Assembly: GCA_024679065.1 (NCBI GenBank)
Contig: JAGIQG010000012.1
Location: 54,498,001 to 54,562,000 of the forward strand
Source of the DNA: Sphyrna mokarran
Lineage: Eukaryota
DNA: 64,000 nt
Direction of reading: 5' to 3'
The translations under genes and the position numbers were made by a program. Below the pieces are notes generated by a model. That model saw only the letters and a list, made by a program, of their open reading frames with translations. It had not been told where the DNA came from and searched no databases. Numbering within the stretch: the stretch's first letter is position 1; every line of letters begins with the position of its first letter. Shown one piece after another: positions 24,912 through 36,900 of the stretch.

Positions 24912-27693
24912 TGTAAAAGTGGAAGCTTGTTTAATATTGCTCTACCATCATCCTGAAAGGCATAATTAGAGTACACATTGGAACTGATTAAAGTTACAGA
25001 ATCATTGTCTCCTTTTGCATTAACAATATATACAATATAAAATAAATACATTTACACAAATGGACATTTGTCAGAGCACACAGTATGATACACGTCACAA
25101 AAATATACAGTTGATTGTTTACAGATGTGAAGCACAAAGCTTGCCTAGACCTACAGACATGGTTTTTCACTACAGGTTAAACTTCAACTCCTGGTATTTG
25201 TAGCTTTTTTGAAACATTTTTTTTCTGCTTTTAAACTTTGCATGTAAGACTGCCATAAATTGTTTGTAGGCAGGTAAACACAGATGCATAAATAATTTAA
25301 ATACAACCACCAACACCCAACATTCTGTTCTATATAAGAAAAATAGCTGTTTATAATTTTTTCACATTATTTTGAAACTTGTCTTTTTTTTAAAATGCAA
25401 ATAGTGGAATAAATATTTGTTCTGATTGAAATGCAAGTGCAACTGTTGAGGAGTCACACAATCATATTGCCATAATTAAGCAGGAAAAAAGATAATTGTA
25501 AAGAAAAAAAAAGAAAAATTAGATACAGCTTAAAACATAGAACCTTCATTTTAACGATCTCATTTTTGCTGTTCTGAGATTTTGCCGTGGGTTCTAACCA
25601 TAAGCATGCGCAAAATAAATCTTAAATCCTTCCCTTGCACTCCACAGAGCTAAGCTCCTGTTACTCAAAAGCAGCACCTTACTCCCAGGAGTTGGATTTT
25701 TTTTAAAGGGTCGTGCCAGTTTCTTAGTTCCCTATTACAGCTATAAACTTCAAGTTATTGACCACCTGAATGAGCTGCTAATGATGAATAAAGTCTAGAA
25801 TCACAGTACAGTCAATTCTCTACTGAGAAACCACAATCTACTATATAGTCTCGTACGGCTAATGATACACAGTATTTATAGCACAAGGTTGATGTATACC
25901 ATCAACCTTTTTGTCTTTTTTATTTTTTTTGTTCAAAGCACACAATGTAGCAGTAGTTTGGGAAACTTGTCTGCACCAAAAACTTGTAACGACACAAAGC
26001 TGGTTTTAACAACCATTTGAGATGTTTGAACATAGCCATATTTACAGCATTTAAAAATTAGACATTTACCTATTGTTTGGAAATATTCAAATTCTTTTCT
26101 AAGATATACATTGTTATTCTACAATAAACTGTTACACAAAATATCCCTTTTTTAAATTAATGATTTAAATGTGTATTGTCGGAAGAGATATTTGTTTTGT
26201 TTCTTAAACTATTTGTTCTTATTATTAATAGGAGCAATCTTATCACCAGTAAGGAATAGAATACACTATCTCCTGAGGAATTTTACATCCATTACTGTCT
26301 CTAATTCTACCCTGTGTCTAATGCGTACAATCACAAGAATCTAACACCACAATAAGAACAAGACAACAGTCTTCGAATTCAACTAAAATTAGAAGAACAC
26401 AGCAAACATGAAACATTGCAAGCTGAACTACAACATTTTTTTTTGTTTCCAATACATGACCTCAGGTTAGGCTCACAATCTTTGATTACATAAGTGTACA
26501 CAGAAGAGGATGTCACATGGTACAACAGGGAGCAGCTACTAATACTGACATTTGAGTACTTGGTACAGGTTAGCGCTGTCATTTGTTTTAAAATGTAGCA
26601 AATGTAGCCTTTAAGGGGGAGGAGGAAAAACATCTGATTAGTTGCTAAACCAAATTTACACCTTAACAGTCATGTTTTGAATGGTTAATAAATATGCTTG
26701 TAACGTACATTATTTTACATCAGTACCGTATTTCCAAAGTATGCTGGGGCAAGCTAGTGTACAATCTTGTTACATTGGATTCAATTGTCAGATCAACTAG
26801 CCTATCAATAAAGGTGTAATCTAATTGCAATAATGAACTTGAAGCTATGTATTACCTTGTGTTAAAGAAGTTGAGGATTTTGACTGAACTGGCACTCAAC
26901 ATAAATTGCATCCATAAAAAGTATGCACCTTCTCATTCACTATTGCTTAAGATAAATTCACAGATTAATAAAATGGCTGTAGTGGTAAAGCTGGTACAAA
27001 AAACCCATAAACAACATCAACAACAAAGGTTTTAAAAAAAGTTTTGTTTGTTCTTCGTAACTGTCCGTCGTTTTTCCAGCCAGCAAATAAATGCAGTATT
27101 GTTTTTTTTGTTTCAGTATTGCGTGACTGAGTAAAGCTTACTATTCCCTGAAATAGACATAGTTCCTAACCTAAGAAATATCTGGAAGACTTGAAAACAA
27201 TTAAGGAATTAAATGGCTGTAACTGATCTAAGGTGGAAAAAATGCAATGAGAAGAAGCAGCCAATGCAACGCTGCTCCGTTGCCTAATTACAGACCGTTC
27301 ATATGGAACCTAATACTGCATTCAGTCAATGCGCTGTACTGTTAGGTAAAACAGTTGTCAGTCTGAATCCTTTGTTGATGGGGATATTTCTCTTAATATT
27401 AGTTCAGTGGCATCCATATTATGGATTCCCATCCTTTGGCAGGGCTGGCTTCCTTCTCTCTCTTCATTTAGAGACCTCATTAAAAAGTTCAACAGCAAAA
27501 TCTGCATGAAAAAATCCTAGAAGAATGAGAAGTTGAAAGCTGCTTCACAGTCATACTGCTAAATATCAGTGCAGTTTTTTTTCAATTAAACACTACAGTT
27601 AACTTTTTGTCTGGTTCAATTCCTATGCTTCTTCCCTTTGCTGTGGCCTAACCCATTCTGTGTGTTTCCATGGGAAGGCCGAGGTTCCTCTAG
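24912..27693 (-). other. ESRRG: ESRRG 3'UTR (predicted, ~2.8 kb)
   Basis: AU-rich, free of recognisable repeats, directly after the stop. The end is inferred from ATTAAA followed by U/GU-rich sequence. Confidence 0.7.
24930..24935 (-). terminator. Candidate polyadenylation signal ATTAAA
   Basis: Plus strand TTTAAT. The minus-strand sequence downstream is GU/U-rich (TGAGTTTGTAGAATGTGTATTTTTTGG). Confidence 0.6.
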
Positions 27694-27938
27694 TCAGACC
27701 TTGGCCTCCAGCATTTCCAAGAATAGTTTGTGCATGGGAACTTTGCCTTCCAGTTTGATGTTGTAGAAATGCTGCACAGCTTTGGTAGAGGTCTGCCGGA
27801 GAAGAGGGAGAGTCATCAGTAGCTTACCGGCACGGCGTGGATCTTCGCCATGTTGCCCAGCCTCATAGTCCTGCAGAGCCTCATGCAAGACATCTTGCAG
27901 CTTCTGAACAGCCTCAACATCTTCTATGTGCATCGAGT
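27694..27938 (-). CDS. ESRRG: ESRRG last coding exon (LBD C-terminus, AF-2, stop)
   Basis: Translates (D)[80 protein letters not shown], nearly identical to the vertebrate ERR-gamma C-terminus. Acceptor ttgtcttgtAG ends at 27939; TGA at 27696-27694; phase 1 matches the upstream exon. Confidence 0.97.
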
Positions 27939-28157
27939 CTACAAGACAACAGGGAAGCTCTGTTAACACCACAATAAGTAAAGCGAGGAAAGTGCACACA
28001 CCTATGATGGTACTTTAAAATGTTTAACTTACGGTTCAAGCTTAAATGTGCTAACAACGTTGAGCAGTTGAAACTTGAACACAGTTGCACTTTAAACAGA
28101 ACATTCCCAGCCATCAAATAAAGGGACATTTCACTTAAATAATTATCTAATATCTCA

Positions 28158-28520
28158 GAGGCAGTGGCTTAGTGGTATTGTCATTAGACTAGTAATCCAA
28201 AGACCCAGCATAATGCTCTGGGGACCTGGGTTCAAATCCCACCATGGCAGATGGTGAAATTTGAATCCAATAAAAATCTGGAATTAAAAGTCTAATGGTG
28301 ACCATGAAACCCTTGATGATTGCTGTAAATCCCATCTAGTTCACTAACACTTTAGGGAAAGAAATCTGCTGTTCTTACCTGATCTGGCCTACATGTGACT
28401 ACAAACCCACAGAAATGTGGTTGATTCTCAAATGCTCTCTGAAATGGAGGGCAGTTAGGGATGGGCCATAAATGCTAGCCCAGTCAGCTACACCTACATT
28501 CCATGGACAGATCTATAAAA
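28158..28520 (+). mobile_element. tRNA-derived SINE (non-V family) in the last ESRRG intron
   Basis: A-box TGGCTTAGTGG, B-box GGTTCAAATCC. Its 3' tail recurs at 11230-11297. Confidence 0.85.
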
Positions 28521-30724
28521 ATATGTGTTCTATGGGTTTTGGCTGCCTAACTAACTGTATTGGTTGGATTTTCATTAAATAAGCAATGTATTTACAAACG
28601 TGCTTGTCTGCAATTTATGTTTTGTTAATTGCCCTTTATCTACTTTCCTCTATCAATGATATGACGAAACTTACAGGAAAACTCCAAATAGACAACTACA
28701 ACAGTTAATAGGGCCAACATTTAATTTAGAATCAGTGAGCATTTCATAGTAAAAAGTCAAAATAAATTTAACAAGATGACTGAAGGGGTAAAAAGAATAT
28801 TCTACACGGAACAGCTTTCAGCGAAATGGTGCAACCCGGGATTTTTATCTGACTATCCAGGATCCTTCCCTTTGTATGAATACTTTCTTAGTTCTGCAAT
28901 GGGTAATTAAGTTCTGTATTAGTTTCCAATGTATTAAACATTTTATTTATTTTGGGAAGCCTACCTTTTTTCATTTACTTATATATGTATTTTTACTCTG
29001 GCTCAGGAACACATTTCACAACACTATGAATCACCCCGTGCAACTGCATAAAAAAAACCTGGACTTGTAAATTGTAGTGTCAATAAAACTCAGGGTGTTT
29101 TCTACAGCCTGTAGTTTATAAAATACAAAAATTGGTCTGCTTAATCTTCTTGTGATACTTCCTTCTAAATTGTAAACAAGTGTCACAGCGTATTTGCAGT
29201 ATCCCAGGATAGGCCTTATTGCTTTTGCTTTATATTTCCTGAATTGACAAAATCCAGAGAAACTCAAGTCTTATCTGCTATCACTCAGCTACAGTGTGAT
29301 CTTATTCTGGAGTGGCTTAAACCCCATTTGATGACACCTAAACAACACGTTCGTCCAGCATGCAAAATAGACAACGCGCAAACACACATTATATTCAAAC
29401 ACAAACACATAGGAAGCCGGGAAGTTTCCAAACCAATCGAGTGAAGTAGGGGGAAAAAATAGCACGTTTGTTGTCTGGAATTGCTGAGTTTGGAAATGTC
29501 ATTGACAGCTGAAAGGCTCCCAACTTACTTGTGTCCCCACGTCAGAGCAGCAAAGTGCCAACAACAGTTGCTGAGACAAATAAAAAAAAGTGCAACTTTT
29601 TGTTGAAACAAGTTCCCTCCCATCAATCTGGGAATTTGCACATCAATAAATGAGATGAACTGTTAATTACAAAATCAATTAAAAAATAATTTTCAAAACA
29701 GTCACGCTTTGGTTCTCTGGGGTACAATTTGGCAGAAGGTTCATCTCGGACCCACCAAATCAAGAGCTGTCATCCGAAAATAAGCAAAAGCAATCTGGTT
29801 TTTCATTTTTCAGCGTGGCTGAGCCCAGCCTGAGATTGATCAGCACATATGGCCTCAGAAAACAAACTGTCAATACCTTGAATGCTGGAGAATTTGAACA
29901 AATGGCTGTCCTCCCATTCAGCTACTCATTGCATTCCATTTAACAGATTTTATTGACAGTTTCCTTCTTGTAATTAAAGAGAAAACTACTGGCCGGCAAC
30001 CAAGATAAAGTTCAAAGATTAGGTCAAAACAAAAGAAGACAGGGGGAAATAGAGGGACATGGCGTGATTGTCAACGGTACACAACACCAGAGCTGTTATT
30101 GACACACAGGTAGCTAACGATCAGCATGTTATTAAAGAGTGATCTATCATGAACTTTATGCAAATGTTAAAGTGCCTAAAGACCACGATAAAGCATTGGG
30201 GAGACGGGAAAGAACAACAAAGCACAAACGATTTTATTCATGATTCATTCCCAGTTGCTTCTACACTTTAAATTCAAATCTGGATAAAGTAGGTGCGGGC
30301 AAAATTAACCTCTCTTGTGCCAGTAACCAGCATATGCATTCAGGGAAGACAAAGTCTGCTTTTGGGATTCTTATGACAGTATAATGAACACACTGAAAGC
30401 CAAACTCCAGCTTATTGAAAACAGATTTCAATTCCAAAAGCACATTCCGAAACAAGACTGAAACAATGCAGTGGGCCTGCTTCTACTAAAGGGGCAGCAT
30501 AATTAAGTTTGCAATTTTGAATGATTTTATGTAGAACTGTAATTGGCGACATCAATTTCTTGCACACATTGTCAATTGCTTTTGCCCAACATTGAGTACT
30601 TTCGTGATGAAAACAAAAAGTGCTGCAAAAGCTTGGCGTGTCTGGCCAGGCCGTGGAGAGAAGAGAAACGACGAGCTGCTGTTTTGATTCGAAGATGAAT
30701 CTTCTTAAGGTTTCGGGTTCTTCA

Positions 30725-30852
30725 ATTATGAAGAAGGATTCAACTTGAAGTGTTAATTCTGCTTCTCCCTTCACAGATATTGTCAGGCCTGCTGTGTTTT
30801 CACAGCATTTTGTTTCTAATTTCAGATTTCCAATATCCACAGTATTTTGCTT
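30725..30852 (+). mobile_element. Penelope-like 3' fragment
   Basis: cacagatattgtcaggcctgctgtgttttcacagcattttg, homologous to 2828. Confidence 0.6.
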
Positions 30853-30919
30853 TTTTAAAAAAAATAGAGGAAATTGATACAACGTCATAGCTTTTCATTA
30901 TAAACTTAGCATATATTTA

Positions 30920-31462
30920 AGACTATAAAATGTAGGAGTAGGTCATTTTGCTCATTGAGTCTCTCCACCATTCAATGAGATCATCACTGATCTGATGTGA
31001 TAATCCTCAACTCTACTTTCCCGCCTTAGCTCCACAATCCTCGATTCCCTTACAGTTTAAAAATCTGTCTATCTCAGCATTTAATTTATTTAATCACCAG
31101 CCTCTGTAGTCATTTGTGGTAAAGAAGTCCACAGATTCACTACCCTCTAAAAGAAGAAATTCCTCCTCATTTGCCTTAAATGGGTGTCCCCTTACTCTGA
31201 GATTATGCCCTCTGGTTGCAGCCAGGCCCACAAGGGGAAACAAGTTCTCAGCATCTAGTCTGTTAAGTCCCCAGAGAATCCTGTATGCCACAACAAAACT
31301 GTCACTCATTCTTCTAAACTCCAGTGAATACAGGCCCAACCTATCTAATCTCTCATAAGAAAATCCCTCTATTCCTGGGATCAACTAATGAACCTTCTCT
31401 GGACTTGTCAAATACCAGTATATCCTCCTAAGTTAAGGGGAACAAAACTGTCAATAGTATTT
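30920..31462 (-). mobile_element. CR1 3' fragment
   Basis: MIPGIEGFSYERLDRLGLYSLEFRRM...TRGHNLRVRG. Confidence 0.92.
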
Positions 31463-31588
31463 AAACCAAAAAAAATGCACCTTTCCAATTTCATATGATG
31501 ATTTAACAATACAGGACAGGTTTGGGGAAGAAGGAGTGAGAAAGGTAACTTTTTGAAACTGTGCCTACAATCAAGCAAATGTGCCAAC

Positions 31589-31858
31589 CTGAATTAGCAA
31601 GTGCTATAGCTTTGAGGGTGACAAATTCTTCTTTCTCCAGTTTCATGCTCTTATATTTCTTTACCAGCTGCAGTATCGCGTTATTCAGATCAAGAAGCCC
31701 GGCTAGCTTTGACTGGTCTTCATCCATGATGTAGTCTTCAGCATATACCAGCTCATCCTCAAAAGACAATGACCTGTACACAATCCCCAAGATCAGAATC
31801 TCCATCCAGGCACTCTGGAGGAGGCTCATCTGATCAGCCAGAGATAATGTGGAGAATC
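31589..31858 (-). CDS. ESRRG: ESRRG penultimate coding exon (270 nt, LBD)
   Basis: Translates (G)[89 protein letters not shown](D). Polypyrimidine tract plus AG at 31860-31859, GT donor at 31588-31587. Splices in frame to the last exon (G|AC = Asp). Confidence 0.97.
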
Positions 31859-32714
31859 CTGCAAAGGGGGAAAAAAGGACATAACAGTGTTACCATGTCA
31901 TGCATTGTGGAAACATATAGCTAAGATCACAACAAAGATCAAATTGCCTTCAATTCACCCTTAACATCTCTCCTCACCCATCAAAATACAACTTGACTCA
32001 ATTCTCAAAAACAAATGACTTATCAATATCGTGAGGGGCTTTATTTTGGGTAGGTGGGGGTGTGGGTGGGGGGAGAAATCCTGAATTAATCAAAGAAAAT
32101 AATTCAGATCTGTGTGGAGAGAGAAGTTAAATGAGCAGGGAGTGCCATTTCTTTGATTAAAAGCTATAAATCACGGTTGGGCTCTAAGGAAACTTTATAG
32201 GTTTTACTACAATCTCATTTTGCAGCATGACAAACATTTCAAATTTATTTTTGTTCTGTCAGTGTTATCACATATTTAATATTGCATTAATATCATGGAA
32301 TTTTAATATATATTGCTCAACTGCACTGCTCTGATTAATCATTTGATGGTACAAACACAGGGATAAGGACTACTTATTTTCTAGCAAAACGGAGATTACC
32401 ATTAAACTGCTTCCTAACAGAAAGGTGAAGTAGAAGCATTGCTTTTGGCTGAATTTCATCCCATTCACCCTATTGCAAACTAGACGTATTGACTCCTGGA
32501 CAGCACTCAGATCATCCAAATGGCAAAAATGAGTATGGTGATATCACGGTTTGCCTGAGAATGATCCAACTGATACAAGGCAGAAGTTTTGCTGCAATTC
32601 AAGGAATTAGGTGGGCACCAAATCTAAAGTTTAATGTTGGGACACGATGGGGGTGGATCTTCCCGTTCCACATTCTACGGGAATCATAGTGGGCAAGGGG
32701 CAGACGATAGAAAG

Positions 32715-32910
32715 GTCCATGGGTGGGATTTTCCAGTTTCAGGGTGAGCGCAGTTAGAAAATCCTGTCTGGTTGGTGAAATCTTATCAACTTTCATGCTA
32801 GCGGGACTTCCCTACCCTGCTGCAGTGAACGGAGATTTGGCTAGTCTTCAAATTCTTCAACCTCACCTACAGCAGGAGCGTGGCATGAATGGCCGGTAAG
32901 ATTGCACCCA
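32715..32910. mobile_element. Harbinger-type MITE
   Basis: GGGTGGGATTTTCC...GGTAAGATTGCACCC imperfect TIRs. Confidence 0.55.
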
Positions 32911-34302
32911 AGGATTTTGCAGGAGAATTATCTAATGTACAGTGTAAATGGAGTTACGTATGACTAAAACATTATTTATATTTTATTTTTCCCTAAAACT
33001 TTTGTCTTCTTCTTTTCAATGGTATTATACATCGGAGTGACACTTCTTTTACAATCGGTGAGTCAATGTTAAACAGGTATGATAACAGAATGGCAAATCC
33101 ATGCTAGTTTATCAGGGGAGGGGGAGTTTTAAAGCATCTGTTCAGGCAAGGCTGTCACACTGAAGGCTTCGCTACATGAATCAGTTTGCTTTATCCCTGT
33201 CTAACTAGAACACTAATGGCAAACAGCTCATTATATGTCTTTCAGGCTATTGTTTGTACCAACACAGTACTAATTTATTATCTCCTCACTGTTAAGATCT
33301 ACAATCTTATTAACAGGACAAGAATGGTTTACAGCTTTTGAGGTGGTTTTTCTGGCCTGCCAATGACATGCAATGGAATGCCAGTTGGCAGAGAAGACCA
33401 AAAGCACTTAATAAAATCATCAAAAGGGATTAACCAAGCTTTCAAAGTGAGAGTGCTCACACACATTTGAAGGGAGTGGGTAAAGGGAGGGAAAGTAACA
33501 AATTATGTAACAACTGTCAACGACCTAATTCATCATCAGATCATTGAATCTACACATTTGTCATTTTCAACAATGCCATTTCGGAAAAGTTCAAACGATC
33601 CCATTTTGATAGAACAGGAGCTATTGGAAATGGCAGGACTCAAGTTGACCCTGCAAATAAGACAAGAGCATTTTGTCGGTCCCATATATCATATTTTTGT
33701 ATATACTCAGCAAATAAGTTACCATCCCCACCCATGATACTCGCATTGGTAATCAGCTTCAAACTTTTCACTCCATAACTAGATGTTTTACCTACTGCTT
33801 ACTTATAGCTGAGGTGCCAGGGGTCATGCAGGCAATATGGGCTATGCTGCAAAGATGCATGGGAGTTTAAGACACGTCCACACAGAATTGATCCTGCCCG
33901 ACAAACATCAAAGATGGCGACTGCCAACACCAAGACTTTTGTATCAGTTGACCCCCATTTTCGATGGGATGTTGCGAGGCTTCCAAGGTTGAATTACACA
34001 TGCATATCTATGGTAAATTGCATAGTCCTTGAAAACTTCACAGAGATCACAGTGCGAAATTAACCCAGGCCCACTGATGGGGATGCCAACTTTGAGTTGC
34101 CTCGTCATTTCAATGATTTCAAGAACCAGCTAGCACAAACAGCTGAACAAATCAGCAAAGGGGCTAACATCATGAGTGCCTGACATCACTTAAGGATAAC
34201 AAGCAATACTTAAAGGTACCCCCAGAGGTGAAGGTGCAATCTGACCGAAGTAGATTCTGCCAGTTAGGTTGGAAGTGAAATTGGTCTGTGAAACATTGAA
34301 GA

Positions 34303-34545
34303 ATGGCACAACATGGGGAGACAGCAGGCTTCAATGGTTTCAGACACTGTACTAGCGGCCTGAGTGGCAGAGATGGAAAGCAGGAGAGATGTTCTGTTAT
34401 CACGATCACAAGGAGGCCCTCCAGATACACACTCAGAAAGCAGAGGGAGCAAATTACCATGAAGGACATTGCCAGAGTTCAGCCCAGAGAATCGGGATAT
34501 AATCTTCAAGATACTCAATGATCTCACATGAGGGATCAAGGTCAT
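34303..34545 (+). pseudogene. Harbinger Myb/SANT-like (trihelix) gene remnant
   Basis: Frameshifted MAQHG..SDTVLAA*VAEMESRRDVL..RRPSRYTLRKQREQI..KILNDLT pattern. Confidence 0.65.
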
Positions 34546-35364
34546 TGAACGCATTTCTGAACCACATATCCTACCAATCAAACTACAAGCCTCCGATACT
34601 GTTTACTGTTTAATTCACCACATCCCTTCATTCACCTGCCAACGATCTCTCACTTAATTAGAACTCCCACCCGACAGTTATAACTTTTACCTCATACATT
34701 TAGTACTACTGCAAGTCTCACAGCCAAATCTCATTGATTGCACAGAAGTAGCTATTCAACCATGAAAACCACATCAGCCAAACAGATTGCACAGACACAC
34801 TTCCCTCTTTCTTGCAGGAAATAGGTGGTGTACAACCAGAAGCAGCAGGAGTTAAGCAGAGGGGGACAGATGTGTGTACATATTTTAACCGCAGTTTAAA
34901 GAGGCAGTTCTAGCTATTATTGTTCAGGTTTTGACCAGATAGGTAACTGAAACAATTGAAGATGACAGGGTCAGAATATTTAAAGCTCCTTCACAAATCC
35001 CACTTCCCTCTCATCCCACACTCTAATTTACAAACTGTACCTGGTGTAATGAAGCATCTCCTACTTTGCACTACCGCCCTCTCATTTCTCACACAACAAT
35101 CCTAGCCTTTTGTTCTTTTTTTCCCCTTTATGACGCACACAAAGTACAACACAGCCAAAGCAGCGATGTTGAACAGACACCATCACTCAATTTCAAACTT
35201 CCAGCCAGCAGTTCAGATAGCATGTACACTGGAGGATTATGTAGGGACAGGAGCTACACATGGCAAAACACCAGGTTTGAGTGGCCTAAATGCCATGGAG
35301 GGGGAAAAGATAGCACTAAGTACCAGTTTGGTGGAGAGCGAGCTTGCACTTGGGTTCCACTGCA

Positions 35365-35665
35365 GACAACAAATAAAGAAAATTACAGCACAGGAACAGG
35401 CCCTTTGACTCTCCAAGCCTGCAACAACCATGCTGCTGGTGTGTACAAAAGCCCCCTACCATGCTGGGGACTGTATCTCTCTATTCCCATCCTATTCATT
35501 TATTTATCAAGATGTCCCTTAAAGGTCATTATTGCATCAGCATCCACTACCTCCCCTGGCAGTGACTTCCAGGCACCCACCACCCTCTGTGTAAAAGGCT
35601 TGCCTCTTACATCTCCTTTAAACCTTGCCACTCACACCATAAACCCATGCCCACTTGTAATTGAT
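35365..35665 (-). mobile_element. CR1 3' end nested in the Harbinger fossil
   Basis: caccaccctctgtgtaaaa (FTQRVV antisense) plus tail. Confidence 0.85.
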
Positions 35666-35794
35666 GGTGAGAAATTTACACTTCAATGAGACATCCTCAC
35701 TTAAATAACTAGCAGCAGGTGGGGGTTTCACCATATGGGGAACAAGATAAGCAAACCAAGACATGATAGATTGCTGGCTCTGGGCAGGAGTGGG

Positions 35795-35886
35795 ATGCGG
35801 TGGTGGTGGTGGTGGGGGATGGTGGTGCGGGTGATGGTGGTGGTGTGGTGGTGGGTGGGGGGGAGGGGGTTGGGGGGGGCAGGGGT
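35795..35886 (+). repeat. (GGT)n / G-run microsatellite
   Basis: Seen directly. Confidence 0.9.
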
Positions 35887-35929
35887 AGTTACCTCATTTG
35901 CACATCAATGATTTGCTCCGTTATATTTC

Positions 35930-36900
35930 ATATGATGTTGCCCATGTGTGTACTGGTTGCCCATCAGTCACATTAGCTATCACATTAGCAGGAATACCTT
36001 TTCATCCCTTGGTTTGCCATTCTGATTAAAATGCAGATGGCACAGTGGATTAGCACGGAATAAAAGGGCCAGGAATGTTAGGATACAAACATTGACCTTC
36101 ATGTTTCGCTGCCTTTTGTCACACACCAGCCTGATGTTGAGGGGATGGAATCCCTTCCAGTTCCAGTATAGCGTAGAGTTAATGTACAACATACGAAAAG
36201 CAACCTGTATGGAGTCAATAACCCCTGCACCATGGGGAAATCTTTGGTCATAGTCGTACACTCGCTTCACCTGACTCTCCATGGCAAAAGGGAATATCAT
36301 TTCTTTCATTGAGCTGAATCTCAGTAACCTCTCCTGTGTAACAGTAGACAACAAACTGCAGAATATTATAAATATTACCAGGCTCAGCCTGTAAGGAGCT
36401 AGGCATTAAATATTTAATCTCCATAGTTAAAGTTATAGCATATTTCAGTGAGGATGTCTTACTGAAGTGTAAATTTCTTGCATGTTGAGGGGGATTTTCT
36501 GGTCTCCCTGTGGCATATTTCCCACGGCAGGAGTCAGTATGCCATTTGCTGGCACAGGGATCTTCTGATCCCACCACCATCAATGGAATTTCCCACTCAC
36601 TGCATGCCACGCTGTCAGTAAAACTGGGTGCACCATCAGCTGGACTAGAAAATCCCATTGGCATAAACAGGCAGAAAATTCTGCAATTGCTTCTTGCTGA
36701 GGTTTAGGGAGGAAGATTGTCCCCTCAGTAATCTATCTGGGTATGATTTCCTTCAGAGAACCCTTCTCCTCTCTTCCAGTGGCTTCCTCTCCTCCTTCTT
36801 CCAGTGGCTTGTCTTGCTTTGTGTAGTCTCAGATCATTCTCCTAGTCATGCTATATTAAAAGGGAATGCCTACAGGTATATCCATGACTAGAAGCAACTG
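35930..36900 (-). pseudogene. PIF/Harbinger (HARBI1-like) DDE transposase remnant, split by a MITE
   Basis: FPHGAGVIDSIQV...YWNWKGFHPLNIRLVCD matches FPxxxGxIDxTH...NRKGFHSLNVQxVCD. N-terminal RRRVL*RKSYPDR..SSLNLS lies at ~36780-36690. Confidence 0.85.
36490..36682. mobile_element. Harbinger-type MITE inside the transposase remnant
   Basis: GGGGATTTTCTGGTC...GGCAGAAAATTCTGC; related to 49355 and 63760-63935. Confidence 0.6.

Larger units (their letters stand above)
27939..31588 (-). other. ESRRG: ESRRG last intron (3650 nt, GT-AG)
   Basis: Bounded by the donor and acceptor of the two exons above. Confidence 0.93.

Noticed and set aside
27939-27999. Hydrophobic N-terminus of ORF 27694-27999 (signal-peptide-like)
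   Set aside because: It is intronic sequence upstream of the AG acceptor; the real exon starts at 27938.
31503-31588. Alternative C-terminus GWHICLIVG... from reading through the GTTGGC donor
   Set aside because: Simple run-on into the intron. There is no evidence of retention, and the donor joins in frame to the last exon.
35066-35689. Longest ORF (207 aa)
   Set aside because: A chance frame running across Harbinger remnant and antisense CR1 sequence; no protein family resemblance.
22473-36101. ERR response elements TNAAGGTCA (22473, 24625, 34536, 36093) suggesting autoregulation
   Set aside because: About two or more are expected by chance in 64 kb on both strands, and several lie inside TEs.
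35980-36354. Domesticated HARBI1 gene
   Set aside because: Frameshifts, stops, degenerate motifs and a MITE insertion indicate a dead transposon copy.
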